Below are positions 36,799 through 46,612 of a stretch of 64,000 nt of DNA, piece by piece (position 1 is the stretch's first letter; every line of letters begins with the position of its first letter). The stretch comes from Candidatus Nomurabacteria bacterium (lineage in GTDB: Bacteria; Patescibacteriota; Patescibacteriia; HK-STAS-PATE-3). The notes under the pieces are model-generated. The model did no database searches. It was not told where the DNA came from and was given only the letters and a program-made list of their open reading frames with translations. Both the position numbers and the translations under genes were made by a program. The stretch lies in assembly GCA_023898465.1 (NCBI GenBank), contig CP060223.1:320001-384000 (forward strand), read 5' to 3'.

Positions 36799-38271
36799 AT
36801 GCAGATGACAAAAAAGGGCACCAGTTTAATTGTTGCAGGAGGGCTGGTAGCCTCTTTAGCCATTGCGCTTGTTTTGTTAGGTGCAGAGAATGAGCCTGTC
36901 TCTGGCTCGAGTGTGGGACGAGTGAGTCCCGTAAACACGCCCCAGTCAGTTGTCCTGGGACAAGAAACATTTGCCCAGAGCGCGAAGCCTTTACGGAGCA
37001 TACATTCGCATATAGTTTTGCAGGGTGACGTAGTTGATATGCCGGAGCTGGCAAAAACCGGTGCTGGCTGGTTTATGCTCTCGGGCGATCAAGCAATTGT
37101 TTGGGGTGAAATAGAAACGAGTGCTGGACAATTTCGCTGGGATGCCCTCGATGAAATAGTTGCACAGGCGCGACAAAACGGATTTCACCTAGTACTTACT
37201 ATTGCGCCGTATGCTGGTTGGGATTACGAGGCTTGCCATAGTAGCGATGAGGCCGACTTCACAACAGAGCTTCCTGAGGCATACGCTGAGCCATGTGATG
37301 TTGGCGCTTTCAGCTTCTTTGTCGACAGTCTTATTGAGCGTTACGCAGCAGATTCTTCTCAAACAGACTTACAACACATTGCCTTCTATCTTCCTAATAA
37401 GCTGACTCGTTTCTCTACGGAGTTTCATTATGCCGGCGATGCTCAGCCTTGGAATGCATTACAAAAGCTCATTCAGAATGCAGCGCAGAATCATGCAAAT
37501 GTGTTCGCTTGGGATGATTCATGGTACATACTGCCCGAAGTATCTCCAGTGTTAAATAATGAAGTTGACGCATTTAGTTCAGGTGTAGTAACGACAATCG
37601 CACGATTATTCACTGAGGGGGCTAGTAAAATTGTTATCCCTGAGCAAAATGAACAAGAGGGTCAAGCACTTCGCTCGGCTGTTCGCACTTTTATTCAAAG
37701 TGCTGATCAATTTACCAAGGTACAAAAGATTTCAGATAGCATCATTATTTTTTCTCTACCAAATAAGCTTGAACGCTGGATCGCTTGGGGAGGGGAAACG
37801 GAGCAGCAAACACTCCAAAGTTTTTTACAAGGCCAGGTACGTGTGAGCGCGGCAAATGGGACGGAAAGAATAATGAACGCAGAACAGGTGCAATTGTCAG
37901 CTAGTCCAGTTATTATTGCGCCCTTACAACAGGTAGATATCGCAAGCGAGCAATCAGACGCAAAGGTAAAAATTGAACACCTTAGCCTGGCCGCTTTAGA
38001 GCAGGGCAAGCCGAGTCAAGCAAGAACAGTTTTTTCTCTCAATGAAGATATTGTCCTAGTGGTTCGCATGCAGTCAGACATTTCAGAAAGTGTAACCGCT
38101 ACTTTTTCACTAGCCCAGCAGGATGGCGGTATTCTCGTGCCAAATTCACAGATACAGTTGATTAACGGTGAAATTGGCGTACCTAAACCCAGCGCATTAG
38201 GAAAATACATTCTGACTCTGCAGGTGAGTCAGCAGGAGGTGTACCACTTAAACTTTGAAATAGTGGAATAG
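36799..38271 (+). CDS. Hypothetical membrane-anchored extracytoplasmic protein (490 aa), possibly a TIM-barrel/glycoside-hydrolase-like fold
   Basis: N-terminal TM/signal anchor. No motif I can assign confidently. The hydrolase hint rests only on alternating beta/alpha character. Confidence 0.4.
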   Translation: MQMTKKGTSLIVAGGLVASLAIALVLLGAENEPVSGSSVGRVSPVNTPQSVVLGQETFAQSAKPLRSIHSHIVLQGDVVDMPELAKTGAGWFMLSGDQAIVWGEIETSAGQFRWDALDEIVAQARQNGFHLVLTIAPYAGWDYEACHSSDEADFTTELPEAYAEPCDVGAFSFFVDSLIERYAADSSQTDLQHIAFYLPNKLTRFSTEFHYAGDAQPWNALQKLIQNAAQNHANVFAWDDSWYILPEVSPVLNNEVDAFSSGVVTTIARLFTEGASKIVIPEQNEQEGQALRSAVRTFIQSADQFTKVQKISDSIIIFSLPNKLERWIAWGGETEQQTLQSFLQGQVRVSAANGTERIMNAEQVQLSASPVIIAPLQQVDIASEQSDAKVKIEHLSLAALEQGKPSQARTVFSLNEDIVLVVRMQSDISESVTATFSLAQQDGGILVPNSQIQLINGEIGVPKPSALGKYILTLQVSQQEVYHLNFEIVE

Positions 38272-38272
38272 T

Positions 38273-39130
38273 ATGGTACGTGCGCCGAATTTTTCTCCAG
38301 GCCAGCCCGGGTATAAAGTGCCCGGCTACCAAGCCCAACAAAATGGTAATACTGATCACGAGCATAGTCGCTCACACTTGATTGGCCTTTTACGGGTGAA
38401 GAATTTTGTTTTTATTCTCATCATAGCATCGGCGCTATTGTGGTTTTTTGATGTGATGCTGCACCTAGGCGAGTCAGTAACTATTTGGTGGGTACTTATT
38501 GCCTCGCTAGTTGTGCAAGCACTTGGTATTTTTCTTTTTGGCGCAATTATTCGACGACCGACTGTTCTCGCCTTTGGTCTACTTTCCCTACTCGTGAGTT
38601 ATTTCTTTCTCCCTTATGTCTATCTCTCATCTTGGTTAGGTTATGTGGGAGAGTTTTTTATCCTTGGACTTGGGTTGCTAGTAGTAGCTAAGACGGACAC
38701 TTTACCTAGAAATACTGACCACGTTTTTCTTCGCTTCTGTTTTAACTTGGCTATGTACGTCATCCTTTTCTTAATTTTCTGGAATATTACCGCATTGATG
38801 TCGTCATCAATTTATCGCATACATGAAAAAGATACAGAGGCATTAAGTAAAGAAATAAGCCAGCAGTTAGCCGGAGGAGAGCGAGTCGTGGATGTGAGCT
38901 CCGGGGTGAATTTAAGCGGACGATTTTTCTTCGCTGACTTCGGCGCGAGCCAGGGGATAGAGGTGTATGACAAGAGTGGATCCTCTTACAAGCTTCCTGA
39001 TGCGAGGACTGCCTGCGTGCGTCCATACGCGTATTTACCATCCTTACAGGAAAACACTAACTGGCTCTGTCGGGTCTTAAGCACCCATTGGATTTTCTTT
39101 TACGATTACCACACAAGCTTTGGACAGTGA
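38273..39130 (+). CDS. Hypothetical polytopic membrane protein
   Basis: 285 aa with about 5 hydrophobic helices. It is tightly coupled (1-nt gap) to the upstream gene. Confidence 0.35.
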   Translation: MVRAPNFSPGQPGYKVPGYQAQQNGNTDHEHSRSHLIGLLRVKNFVFILIIASALLWFFDVMLHLGESVTIWWVLIASLVVQALGIFLFGAIIRRPTVLAFGLLSLLVSYFFLPYVYLSSWLGYVGEFFILGLGLLVVAKTDTLPRNTDHVFLRFCFNLAMYVILFLIFWNITALMSSSIYRIHEKDTEALSKEISQQLAGGERVVDVSSGVNLSGRFFFADFGASQGIEVYDKSGSSYKLPDARTACVRPYAYLPSLQENTNWLCRVLSTHWIFFYDYHTSFGQ

Positions 39131-39425
39131 GTTAAGAAAAACAGTTGCCAAGCGCCTTGCCACGATTGAGGATCCCGAGCTCCATGTGGATATCGTAAGT
39201 CTGGGGCTGATTTATAACATCCACATAGTTAATAAGATATGCGTAGTGAGCATGTCTTTAACCTATCCCGGTTGTCCATTAGGGCCATACTTTGAAGAAA
39301 AAGTAAGAAGTGTGTTGCATGGTTTAGAAGGTTTTACCGAAGCAAAAGCGTCTATTATTTTTCAGCCTACTTGGAAGCCGGGCATGATGGATCCTCGCTT
39401 AAGAAATGCATATCAGAGAGCCTAA
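39120..39425 (+). CDS. DUF59 / MIP18-family Fe-S cluster assembly protein (SufT/PaaD-like)
   Basis: About 100 aa with a characteristic DUF59 N-terminus (…L-TIEDPEL-VDIVSLGLIY…) and a conserved Cys (…YPGCP…). Confidence 0.6.
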   Translation: MDSELRKTVAKRLATIEDPELHVDIVSLGLIYNIHIVNKICVVSMSLTYPGCPLGPYFEEKVRSVLHGLEGFTEAKASIIFQPTWKPGMMDPRLRNAYQRA

Positions 39426-39447
39426 AATGTGATATACTGCATACTAT

Positions 39448-40323
39448 ATGGTACATAAGCAAAGAAACTCACAAGCCTGGAAAGTGTTAGAAAAAGCAAA
39501 AAGAGGTCATTATGCTGTAGGAGCTTTTAATGTTTCCACGCTCCCTGCCTTAAAAGGGATACTGAACGCCGCAGCAAAACTTCACTCACCAGTTATTATT
39601 GAGGCCTCTGGGGGTGAGACAAAGTTTTTTGGAACAGCCTTATTAGCTGCGGTTATCGCGCAATTTCGTAGAGAGTATCAAATACCGATTATCTTAAACC
39701 TTGATCATTCGAAGAAATATGAATTAGCCTTAGAGGGAATTACGGCCGGCTACGATCTTATTCATTTTGATGGTTCAGAACTTGATCCAGAGGTGAACGC
39801 TGGAATCTTAAAGAAAGTGGTAACAAAGGCTCACGCGAAGGGCTTGCTTGTTGAGGGAGAACGCGAACATATTGGTGGGAGCTCAAAAGTGCATAAAGGC
39901 CAGCGCCATGTGATAGATCCAGAGAATTTAACTGACCCTAAAATAGCTCACGACTTTGTGTCAAAAACAGGTATCGACACTTTAGCTATTTCAGTTGGTG
40001 AAGCGCATGGTTTGTATCAGGGCGCTAAGCATATTGATGTACAAAGGATTCGCGCTATTCGTAAAGCAGTTCCGTGTTTCCTTTCCTTACACGGTGGCTC
40101 GGGAATACCAGGGCCCAAGATCCGCCAAGCAGTGAAAGCAGGAGTAAACAAGATAAATGTAAATTCTGAACTGCGTTTTGCTTTCACTGACGCGCTCAGT
40201 AAGGAGTTGGCAAAAAAGTCCGCCTCTATTGTGCCTTATGATTATTTGCCACCAGCCATGAATGCGGTACAGCGTGTAGTTGAGAAAAAAATTGAACTCT
40301 TTGGGAGTAAGGGAAAGGCCTAG
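39448..40323 (+). CDS. fba: Class II fructose-bisphosphate aldolase (FbaA/TBP aldolase family)
   Basis: 291 aa with the class II aldolase pattern (…YAVGAFNV…, LDHS…, …HFDGS…, …SVGEAHG…). Confidence 0.82.
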   Translation: MVHKQRNSQAWKVLEKAKRGHYAVGAFNVSTLPALKGILNAAAKLHSPVIIEASGGETKFFGTALLAAVIAQFRREYQIPIILNLDHSKKYELALEGITAGYDLIHFDGSELDPEVNAGILKKVVTKAHAKGLLVEGEREHIGGSSKVHKGQRHVIDPENLTDPKIAHDFVSKTGIDTLAISVGEAHGLYQGAKHIDVQRIRAIRKAVPCFLSLHGGSGIPGPKIRQAVKAGVNKINVNSELRFAFTDALSKELAKKSASIVPYDYLPPAMNAVQRVVEKKIELFGSKGKA

Positions 40324-40324
40324 T

Positions 40325-41320
40325 ATGTCTACCCGGAACCTGGATATCATTACCATAGGCTCAGGTACCCGAGATGTCTTTTTAAAGAGTGCTCGTTTTA
40401 AAGTGGTTCGAGATGATCGTTTTAGTACCGGGGAGGCGGAGTGCATGGCGCTTGGTACCAAAATTGATATTCCAGATATCACCTTTGAAACCGGCGGTGG
40501 AGCAACAAACTCAGCAGTTTCGTTTGCACGTTTTGGCTATCACACTGGTATTATTACTCGAATTGGAAAAAGCGACTCGCATAGTCAAGACGTCCTCAAT
40601 ACTCTAAAAAGGGAAGGCGTAGACACTTCTACCATTATTCGTGACGCGAAGCATCAAACTGGTTATTCTACCTTACTACTTACGAGCGCTGGTGAGCGCA
40701 CAATTCTTGCACATCGCGGAGCCTCTGCTCATTTCACAACTTCTGATATTCCATGGTCAAAATTGCAAAGCAAGTGGTTATATATTACTTCCTTAGCGGG
40801 GAACATGTCCCTTTTGGGCCGGCTTCTTAACCATGCAAACAAAAAGGGCATAAAGGTAGCCTGCAATCCAGGTACGAGTGAGTTAAGTCATCCCGCCAAG
40901 AAACTTTTTCCACTCCTCCGCAAACTTGATATATTCTTCCTCAATGACCTAGAGGCAGCAGCTCTCACCGGCATGCCCCATACCGATGAGGTTGGAATGC
41001 TAAAAAAACTCGGCCGAGCTTTACCGGGTATCGTGGTGATTACAGCCGGCAAGGACGGGTCTTTCTCTTGCGATAATGAGTACCGCTTCCATTCTACTAA
41101 TCGACCTATTCGTGTTTTAGACACTACAGGTGCAGGGGATGCCTTTGGGGCCGGCTTTGTGGCCGCCTATATGAAGCGCGAGGACATTCCTTATGCCCTA
41201 AAAGTAGGCACCCTGAATGCAGAGTCGGTTATTCAGCATATAGGAGCAAAACCAGGATTATTACGCCGTTTTCCATCGGTCGAAAAAATTAGGGTTGACA
41301 AGTATCGCTTCCCAAATTAA
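40325..41320 (+). CDS. PfkB-family carbohydrate kinase (ribokinase-like; candidate phosphofructokinase/sugar kinase)
   Basis: Typical PfkB motifs: an N-terminal GG motif (…ETGGGATNSAV…) and the C-terminal …DTTGAGDAFGAGF… anion hole/catalytic Asp. ATG at 40325. Confidence 0.78.
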   Translation: MSTRNLDIITIGSGTRDVFLKSARFKVVRDDRFSTGEAECMALGTKIDIPDITFETGGGATNSAVSFARFGYHTGIITRIGKSDSHSQDVLNTLKREGVDTSTIIRDAKHQTGYSTLLLTSAGERTILAHRGASAHFTTSDIPWSKLQSKWLYITSLAGNMSLLGRLLNHANKKGIKVACNPGTSELSHPAKKLFPLLRKLDIFFLNDLEAAALTGMPHTDEVGMLKKLGRALPGIVVITAGKDGSFSCDNEYRFHSTNRPIRVLDTTGAGDAFGAGFVAAYMKREDIPYALKVGTLNAESVIQHIGAKPGLLRRFPSVEKIRVDKYRFPN

Positions 41321-41367
41321 GCTCCGACCGCTAGCTAGTATTCTACTTAGATTCTTGGTATTGCGTT

Positions 41368-42894
41368 ATGGCTGTTTCTGAAAAAATGAAGCGTGAGATT
41401 CGGACGTACCGATTTCTCGAAATACTCCCAGGTGCATTCATTTGGCTTACTTTTGCTGTAACGCTTGTGGCAATCTTTTGGAAGCCGCTCTGGGCGATAG
41501 TTTTCATTATTGTCTTTGACGTCTTATGGCTGGTTCGTATTACCTATGTGCTGACATACATTATTTTAGCGTACACTCGTTACCGCCGGGCAAATAAAAT
41601 TGATTGGTTAGCGCAATGTCAACAGCCAAGATTACTCGGACGCTTCCATCAACTGAAGCATGTAGTTGTCGTGCCTAGCTTCCGAGATGAATTTCATATT
41701 ATCGATACGAGCTTACGATATCTTGTTGAATCAAGTGTGCCTCGCGAGCAAATTTTTGTTGTGCTTGCTCTAGAGGAGCGTGATGGCGAACGCGCGCATG
41801 AACTCGGTCGCCAATTAAGCGAAAAATACGGCCATCAATTTGGTCAGTGGTTGGTTACCTATCATCCAGCTGATTTGGCAGGAGAAATGCCAGGCAAGGG
41901 GTCAAATATCTCCTGGGCTGGTCATAGGATGAAGGAGCGAATTGATGAGCTTGGTTGGAATTACGATGACATTATCGTTACTTCGCTTGATGTTGATTCT
42001 TGTGTGCACCGCGAATACCTGGCCTGCTTGAGCTATGAGTTTATGACGCAAGCCTATCCGCATCGTAATAGTTATCAGCCCATTCCAGTTTTCCAAAATA
42101 ACACTTGGGACGCCCCAGCCTTCACTCGTGTGGTGGCCAGCTCAACTACCTTTTGGTTGCTTTCCGAGACTATACGCAACGACCGCATGTTTACTTTTTC
42201 GTCACACAGCATGAGCTTCCGGGCTTTGGTGGACGTAGGATTTTGGCAGAATGACATTGTCACGGAAGACTCTCGCATCTTTTTGCAGTGTTTAGTCAAT
42301 TACGATGGCGATTATGAAGTTGTGCCAATCTACCTTCCAGTTTCCATGGATACTGTGCAGGGGAGGACTTTTTGGCAAAGTGTGGTTAATCAATATAAGC
42401 AAATTCGTCGTTGGGCCTATGGCACTGAAAATCTTCCGTTTATGATTTGGAATTTTCGTGACATGCCAACAATGTCATTGCGCAAAAAGCTGCGCTATAT
42501 TTGGAATCAGCTGGAAGGGGAGTATTCATGGGCCACGGCCCCTATACTCATTTTTGTGCTAGGTTATGCGCCGCTTTGGGTTGCCCCAGAGGCTGTGCGG
42601 ACAACCGCGCTTTTTCAATCAGCCCCTTTTGTATTACAAACCATTCTCACTCTTTCTCTGACTGGTTTGTTTGTGAGTGCGGCAATTACTTGGATGATAT
42701 TGCCTCCACGGCCACGTAAAGTAAAGCAGTGGCGCAAACTTGCCATGATATTCCAATGGGTAGTGTTTCCGATCACCACTATCGCATTTGGCTCTATTCC
42801 GGCTATAGAGGCGCAAACTCGCTTAATGCTGGGCAAATATCTGGGTTTTTGGACAACTGAGAAGGTGAGGAGCGAGGAATCAAGTAAAGAGTAA
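41368..42894 (+). CDS. Integral membrane glycosyltransferase-like protein (GT2-like fold suspected)
   Basis: 508 aa. TM helices flank a cytoplasmic domain with D-x-D-like acidic motifs (…TSLDVDSC…). The assignment is tentative. Confidence 0.4.
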   Translation: MAVSEKMKREIRTYRFLEILPGAFIWLTFAVTLVAIFWKPLWAIVFIIVFDVLWLVRITYVLTYIILAYTRYRRANKIDWLAQCQQPRLLGRFHQLKHVVVVPSFRDEFHIIDTSLRYLVESSVPREQIFVVLALEERDGERAHELGRQLSEKYGHQFGQWLVTYHPADLAGEMPGKGSNISWAGHRMKERIDELGWNYDDIIVTSLDVDSCVHREYLACLSYEFMTQAYPHRNSYQPIPVFQNNTWDAPAFTRVVASSTTFWLLSETIRNDRMFTFSSHSMSFRALVDVGFWQNDIVTEDSRIFLQCLVNYDGDYEVVPIYLPVSMDTVQGRTFWQSVVNQYKQIRRWAYGTENLPFMIWNFRDMPTMSLRKKLRYIWNQLEGEYSWATAPILIFVLGYAPLWVAPEAVRTTALFQSAPFVLQTILTLSLTGLFVSAAITWMILPPRPRKVKQWRKLAMIFQWVVFPITTIAFGSIPAIEAQTRLMLGKYLGFWTTEKVRSEESSKE

Positions 42895-42931
42895 ATAGAC
42901 TGCGGATAGTTGTCTATAACGAGAACTCTTT

Positions 42932-43297
42932 TTATTTCCGCAAAATCTTTTCCAAAGCTTTTCCTTTTGCTAGTTCATCCACCAATTTATCCAAATAGCG
43001 AATCTCTTGCATGAGGGGTTCCTTGATATTTTCCACCCTAATGCCACAAATTACCCCAGTAATAGCTTTCCGGGCAGGGTTTAGCTTAGGAGCCTTTGTA
43101 TAAAAGCTTGTTAGATCACTCTGTTGTTTTAGCTGTGTTTCAAGTTGTTTTTTTGAATATCCTGTTAACCACTGAATGGCCGTATCAAGCTCTGCTTTTG
43201 TACGCCCTTTCTTTTCCACTTTTGCAACATAGAGGGGATAGATGCTCGAAAAGGGCATGCTGTAGATTCGTGCTAGTTTTGTTTTAGATTGCTTCAT
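42932..43297 (-). CDS. DUF2200-like small cytoplasmic protein
   Basis: 121 aa, at the convergence point of the plus- and minus-strand gene blocks. Confidence 0.4.
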   Translation of the reverse strand: MKQSKTKLARIYSMPFSSIYPLYVAKVEKKGRTKAELDTAIQWLTGYSKKQLETQLKQQSDLTSFYTKAPKLNPARKAITGVICGIRVENIKEPLMQEIRYLDKLVDELAKGKALEKILRK

Positions 43298-43313
43298 AGC
43301 TGAGATGGCGATA

Positions 43314-44252
43314 TTATTTTCCTAATTCCGTATGCGCAAGATTAGGATATCCACGTAACAATGACTCAGAGCTTTGTGGTGTTTTCCCAGCTAGTTGCAA
43401 ACCCTTCAGTTGGAGCACACCTGAACCACACTGCACATAGAGTGTGTGGTCCTGTAAAAAGGTTGCACCAGCTTTAGTTTGATCAGCCAGCAGTGCAACT
43501 TGTACATCTAAGAGTTTCATTTGCTGTGCATTCCAGGTAGTCCAGATGCCTGGCCAAGGATGCAAGGCTTGAAACTGATGATAAATTTGCTCAGCACTTT
43601 TTGTCCAATCAATTTTTCCATCTTCGCGCGTAAGAATTTGCGTGAGAGAAACTCCCTCATTTGTCTGCGGTGTAGGCTGTATTTCATCTGCCAGGTAGGG
43701 GAGGAGTGAATTTTGCAATAACTCAGCACCTTTTTTTGCTAAACGTTCATGGAGCTGTTCTCGTAAAATGCCCCCCGGAATTACATAGCTTTCTTGCTGA
43801 AGAATTGGGCCAGTATCGAGACCTTTATCCAGCAGCATAATACTTACCCCGGTTTCTTTTTCGCCATTTAATAGAGCTCCTGCCACAGGACTTGCTCCGC
43901 GATACTTCGGGAGCATCGACGGATGTACGTTCACAAAACCCTTTGGCGGGATATTAAGCACTGCCTCAGGAATAAGCTTGCCATAAGAAGCGACAATCGC
44001 TACGTCAGGCTTTGTTTCTTGTAGCCAATGTGCAAAAACTTCATCCAACTTCTTTGGTTGCATGATAGGTAATCCTAGCCGCTTTGCTAATACGGCAACA
44101 GGATTTGGTGTGAGGGTCTGGGCTCGACCTACGGGTTTGTCTGGCTGGGTGACAACGGCGATAATACGAAGCGCACCCCACTTTGCCAGAGGCTCAAGTG
44201 TCTGAGCTCCGAATTCACCTGAACCTAAAAAGACGACGGACGGCGTTTCCAT
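43314..44252 (-). CDS. fmt: Methionyl-tRNA formyltransferase
   Basis: 312 aa with a formyltransferase N-domain (…[13 protein letters not shown]… SLLP motif region) and a C-terminal beta-barrel domain. Sits downstream of def. Confidence 0.9.
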   Translation of the reverse strand: METPSVVFLGSGEFGAQTLEPLAKWGALRIIAVVTQPDKPVGRAQTLTPNPVAVLAKRLGLPIMQPKKLDEVFAHWLQETKPDVAIVASYGKLIPEAVLNIPPKGFVNVHPSMLPKYRGASPVAGALLNGEKETGVSIMLLDKGLDTGPILQQESYVIPGGILREQLHERLAKKGAELLQNSLLPYLADEIQPTPQTNEGVSLTQILTREDGKIDWTKSAEQIYHQFQALHPWPGIWTTWNAQQMKLLDVQVALLADQTKAGATFLQDHTLYVQCGSGVLQLKGLQLAGKTPQSSESLLRGYPNLAHTELGK

Positions 44253-44731
44253 TTTTTGAGATCAAATGTTCCGTGAGTAATTCCCTTTGCTCTATCAATA
44301 AAAAGGCCGCCATTCAGATGGTCAACTTCGTGCTGAAAAATTCGTGCTAATAAGCCTTCAGCTTGCATTGTGTAACTTTCACCTTTTTCATCGTAGCCTT
44401 TGACGGTGAGCGATCTATGTCGTGGTACTGGGCCAAAAATTCCTTTAACCGAGAGACAGCCCTCTTCAACAGTTTCCTTGCGAAGCGATTTTTTCTGAAT
44501 AACAGGATTCATCATAACTATTGGCCCGTCTTTTGTTTCCACGATAATAATACGAAGATTTACGCCAACCTGAGGGGCGGCGATACCGATGCCATTCTCA
44601 GCATACATCGTTTCTAACATATCCTTGACCAGCTTACGAAAGGTGCCGGCCCGAATATCATCAAGCGTGACCGCCTTTGAGGGCTGTCGAATGCTTTCTT
44701 CATTGTACTGTGTGACGTGGAGATGGGCCAT
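44225..44731 (-). CDS. def: Peptide deformylase
   Basis: Motifs GIGIAAPQVG (motif I), EGCLS (motif II) and QHEVDHLNG (motif III). 168 aa. Confidence 0.92.
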   Translation of the reverse strand: MAHLHVTQYNEESIRQPSKAVTLDDIRAGTFRKLVKDMLETMYAENGIGIAAPQVGVNLRIIIVETKDGPIVMMNPVIQKKSLRKETVEEGCLSVKGIFGPVPRHRSLTVKGYDEKGESYTMQAEGLLARIFQHEVDHLNGGLFIDRAKGITHGTFDLKKWKRRPSSF

Positions 44732-44767
44732 ATGACTGCGCCAGTATACTCAAAATATGAGGAAAAA

Positions 44768-46609
44768 TCAAGTTGTGCTGGCAGATGGATCAAGGTCAAT
44801 CATCCATTCAGGTGGAAGCGATTGAAGTATTTTAGCTCGTTGTTCAGCCGTGCATTCTGGATCTAACTTAAGTAAAATTTGGACTAACTTTTTGTCTCCA
44901 TATACCCGGACTTGCGCTGGTAAGATTTCTTGTATAATCGTTGTATTATTTTTTTTCAGCACTGCTAAAATTGAAGCTTCAAGTTTATCAACTATCTCAT
45001 TTACTTGAAGTTGGTAACTAAGTTTAAGCAATCGGATACTCGGTGGAAAGTGAAATCGTTGTCTCTCCTTTAATTCATTTTTTAAAAAGCTTTGAATGGC
45101 AGTTGAGGAGAGGTGCTCAAGAATATATTGCTCTGTGTCGTAGCTTTGCACAATAAGTTTTTCAATAGCAGATTGCGCAAACTGTAGTGACCGAATGTGT
45201 TGATACACGGTTTCGGTAACATTCCAGCTCGATTGGGTGAGTTCACTCTCTAAGGAAAGTAGTACGGCTAGTTTAATTGGAGGAAGAGCTAAACGAAATA
45301 ATTTTTCCGTACCAATGAGAATATCAGCCTTTGCGAGATCTTCTTTTGTATATGCGCTTGATTTATCGATCGTTAGTATGTGCGCATCAGGGAAAAGTGC
45401 TCGTAAAGCTTTTGCGTTTCCCTCAATACCATAACCACTTGGTTTTATTTCTACACTTCGACATTGAGGGCACTGTAGGGGAATGTTTTGCGTGCGATTA
45501 CAATAAGGACAAAAAAGTCCACGCTCTTGGAGTTTGAGTGGAGTTGCGCATTGCTGACAGCTTGGACGCCAACCGCATTCTCGACAATTGAGACTGTGAT
45601 AACTACCACGTCGGTTTCGGAAGATAATTACTTTTTCCTTTTTAGCTAAGCATTCTTGTATAGCCTGCGTGCTTACTAAGGTGAGTATGCCCCCTGGTCC
45701 CTCACGTTGCTCATTTTTCATGGATGAAATTTGCGTAGTTGTCTGAGAGCCCCAACGCTCACTCCGGTGCCAGGAGCCGCTATATTTTTTTAGCATCTGC
45801 AAGGCGTCTAGACTGGGAATCCGACCCGTAAAAATGAGTCCGCTTCCATGTATTTTTGCTAGCTGTATAGCAAGATTTCGTGCATGGATATGCGGTTGGC
45901 GGTCGGTCTGCTTATACATATCTTCAAACTCATCAGTCAGAACAATACTTTGCAGGTCGGTAAACGGCTCATAAAGCGCACTTAGCGTGCCTAAGACAAG
46001 GAGATTGCCCTGGCGTATCCGTTCACGCGCTTGCCATTGCTCACTGCGGCTGAGCGAGCCGTGTAGGATAAGTGCTTGAAGCGGGAGAACTGCGTCGCTT
46101 TCTGCATAGTGCTCGAGACTTTGGATATCCGGAAAAAGGATAAGGATGCTCTGTCGGTCACGCTTCTTCAACAAGGCATTGAGATATTCCTCGTGAGCGC
46201 GAGGGAAATCATATTGAAAAAAAGTAAAAGAGAATTTCCCACTCTTTTTAACTTGCGCAGGTGTAGCGGAGAGTTTTTGTTCTTTTTTAGTGGGGGAGAG
46301 GAAGGCAGAGCGAAGCGCTAAGCCGACGGAGCTATGGTATTCTTTTGCTGCCCATTCAAGCAATGCTATTTGTTCAGACGTGAAAGCACCGGCCTGAAAA
46401 ACTTCCAGTATCGGCTGTATCGCTCGTGCAGGAACATCACTTTGCGACTTCATTTTTTTCACAATGCCAAAGACCTTCCTACGACGAAATGAAATCCGGA
46501 CTATTTGTCCAGGCTCGCAATGCATCCCCTCAGGTAAGGCGTAATCAAAAAAGCTAAGTTCTCTGGGGAGAGCCAGGGCGGGATAAACCTCGGCAAACTG
46601 TTTTTTCAT
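44768..46609 (-). CDS. priA: Primosomal protein N' (PriA) homolog with an apparently degenerate ATPase core
   Basis: 613 aa. It has the PriA-specific Cys-rich zinc-binding insertion (CRECGWRPSCQQCATP…CPYCN…CPQC) and the overall domain order. No GxxxxGK[T/S] P-loop is visible where Walker A should sit (…FQYDFPRAHEEYL…). The Walker B region reads TDEFED rather than DEEH. Confidence 0.75.
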   Translation of the reverse strand: MKKQFAEVYPALALPRELSFFDYALPEGMHCEPGQIVRISFRRRKVFGIVKKMKSQSDVPARAIQPILEVFQAGAFTSEQIALLEWAAKEYHSSVGLALRSAFLSPTKKEQKLSATPAQVKKSGKFSFTFFQYDFPRAHEEYLNALLKKRDRQSILILFPDIQSLEHYAESDAVLPLQALILHGSLSRSEQWQARERIRQGNLLVLGTLSALYEPFTDLQSIVLTDEFEDMYKQTDRQPHIHARNLAIQLAKIHGSGLIFTGRIPSLDALQMLKKYSGSWHRSERWGSQTTTQISSMKNEQREGPGGILTLVSTQAIQECLAKKEKVIIFRNRRGSYHSLNCRECGWRPSCQQCATPLKLQERGLFCPYCNRTQNIPLQCPQCRSVEIKPSGYGIEGNAKALRALFPDAHILTIDKSSAYTKEDLAKADILIGTEKLFRLALPPIKLAVLLSLESELTQSSWNVTETVYQHIRSLQFAQSAIEKLIVQSYDTEQYILEHLSSTAIQSFLKNELKERQRFHFPPSIRLLKLSYQLQVNEIVDKLEASILAVLKKNNTTIIQEILPAQVRVYGDKKLVQILLKLDPECTAEQRAKILQSLPPEWMIDLDPSASTT

Positions 46610-46612
46610 ACC

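Noticed and set aside
36747-36800. Possible riboswitch or leader between tRNA-Gln/corA and the downstream gene
   Set aside because: Only a simple GC hairpin plus T-run is present, so this is a plain terminator. The small hairpin upstream of corA (35770-35800) has no recognisable riboswitch consensus.
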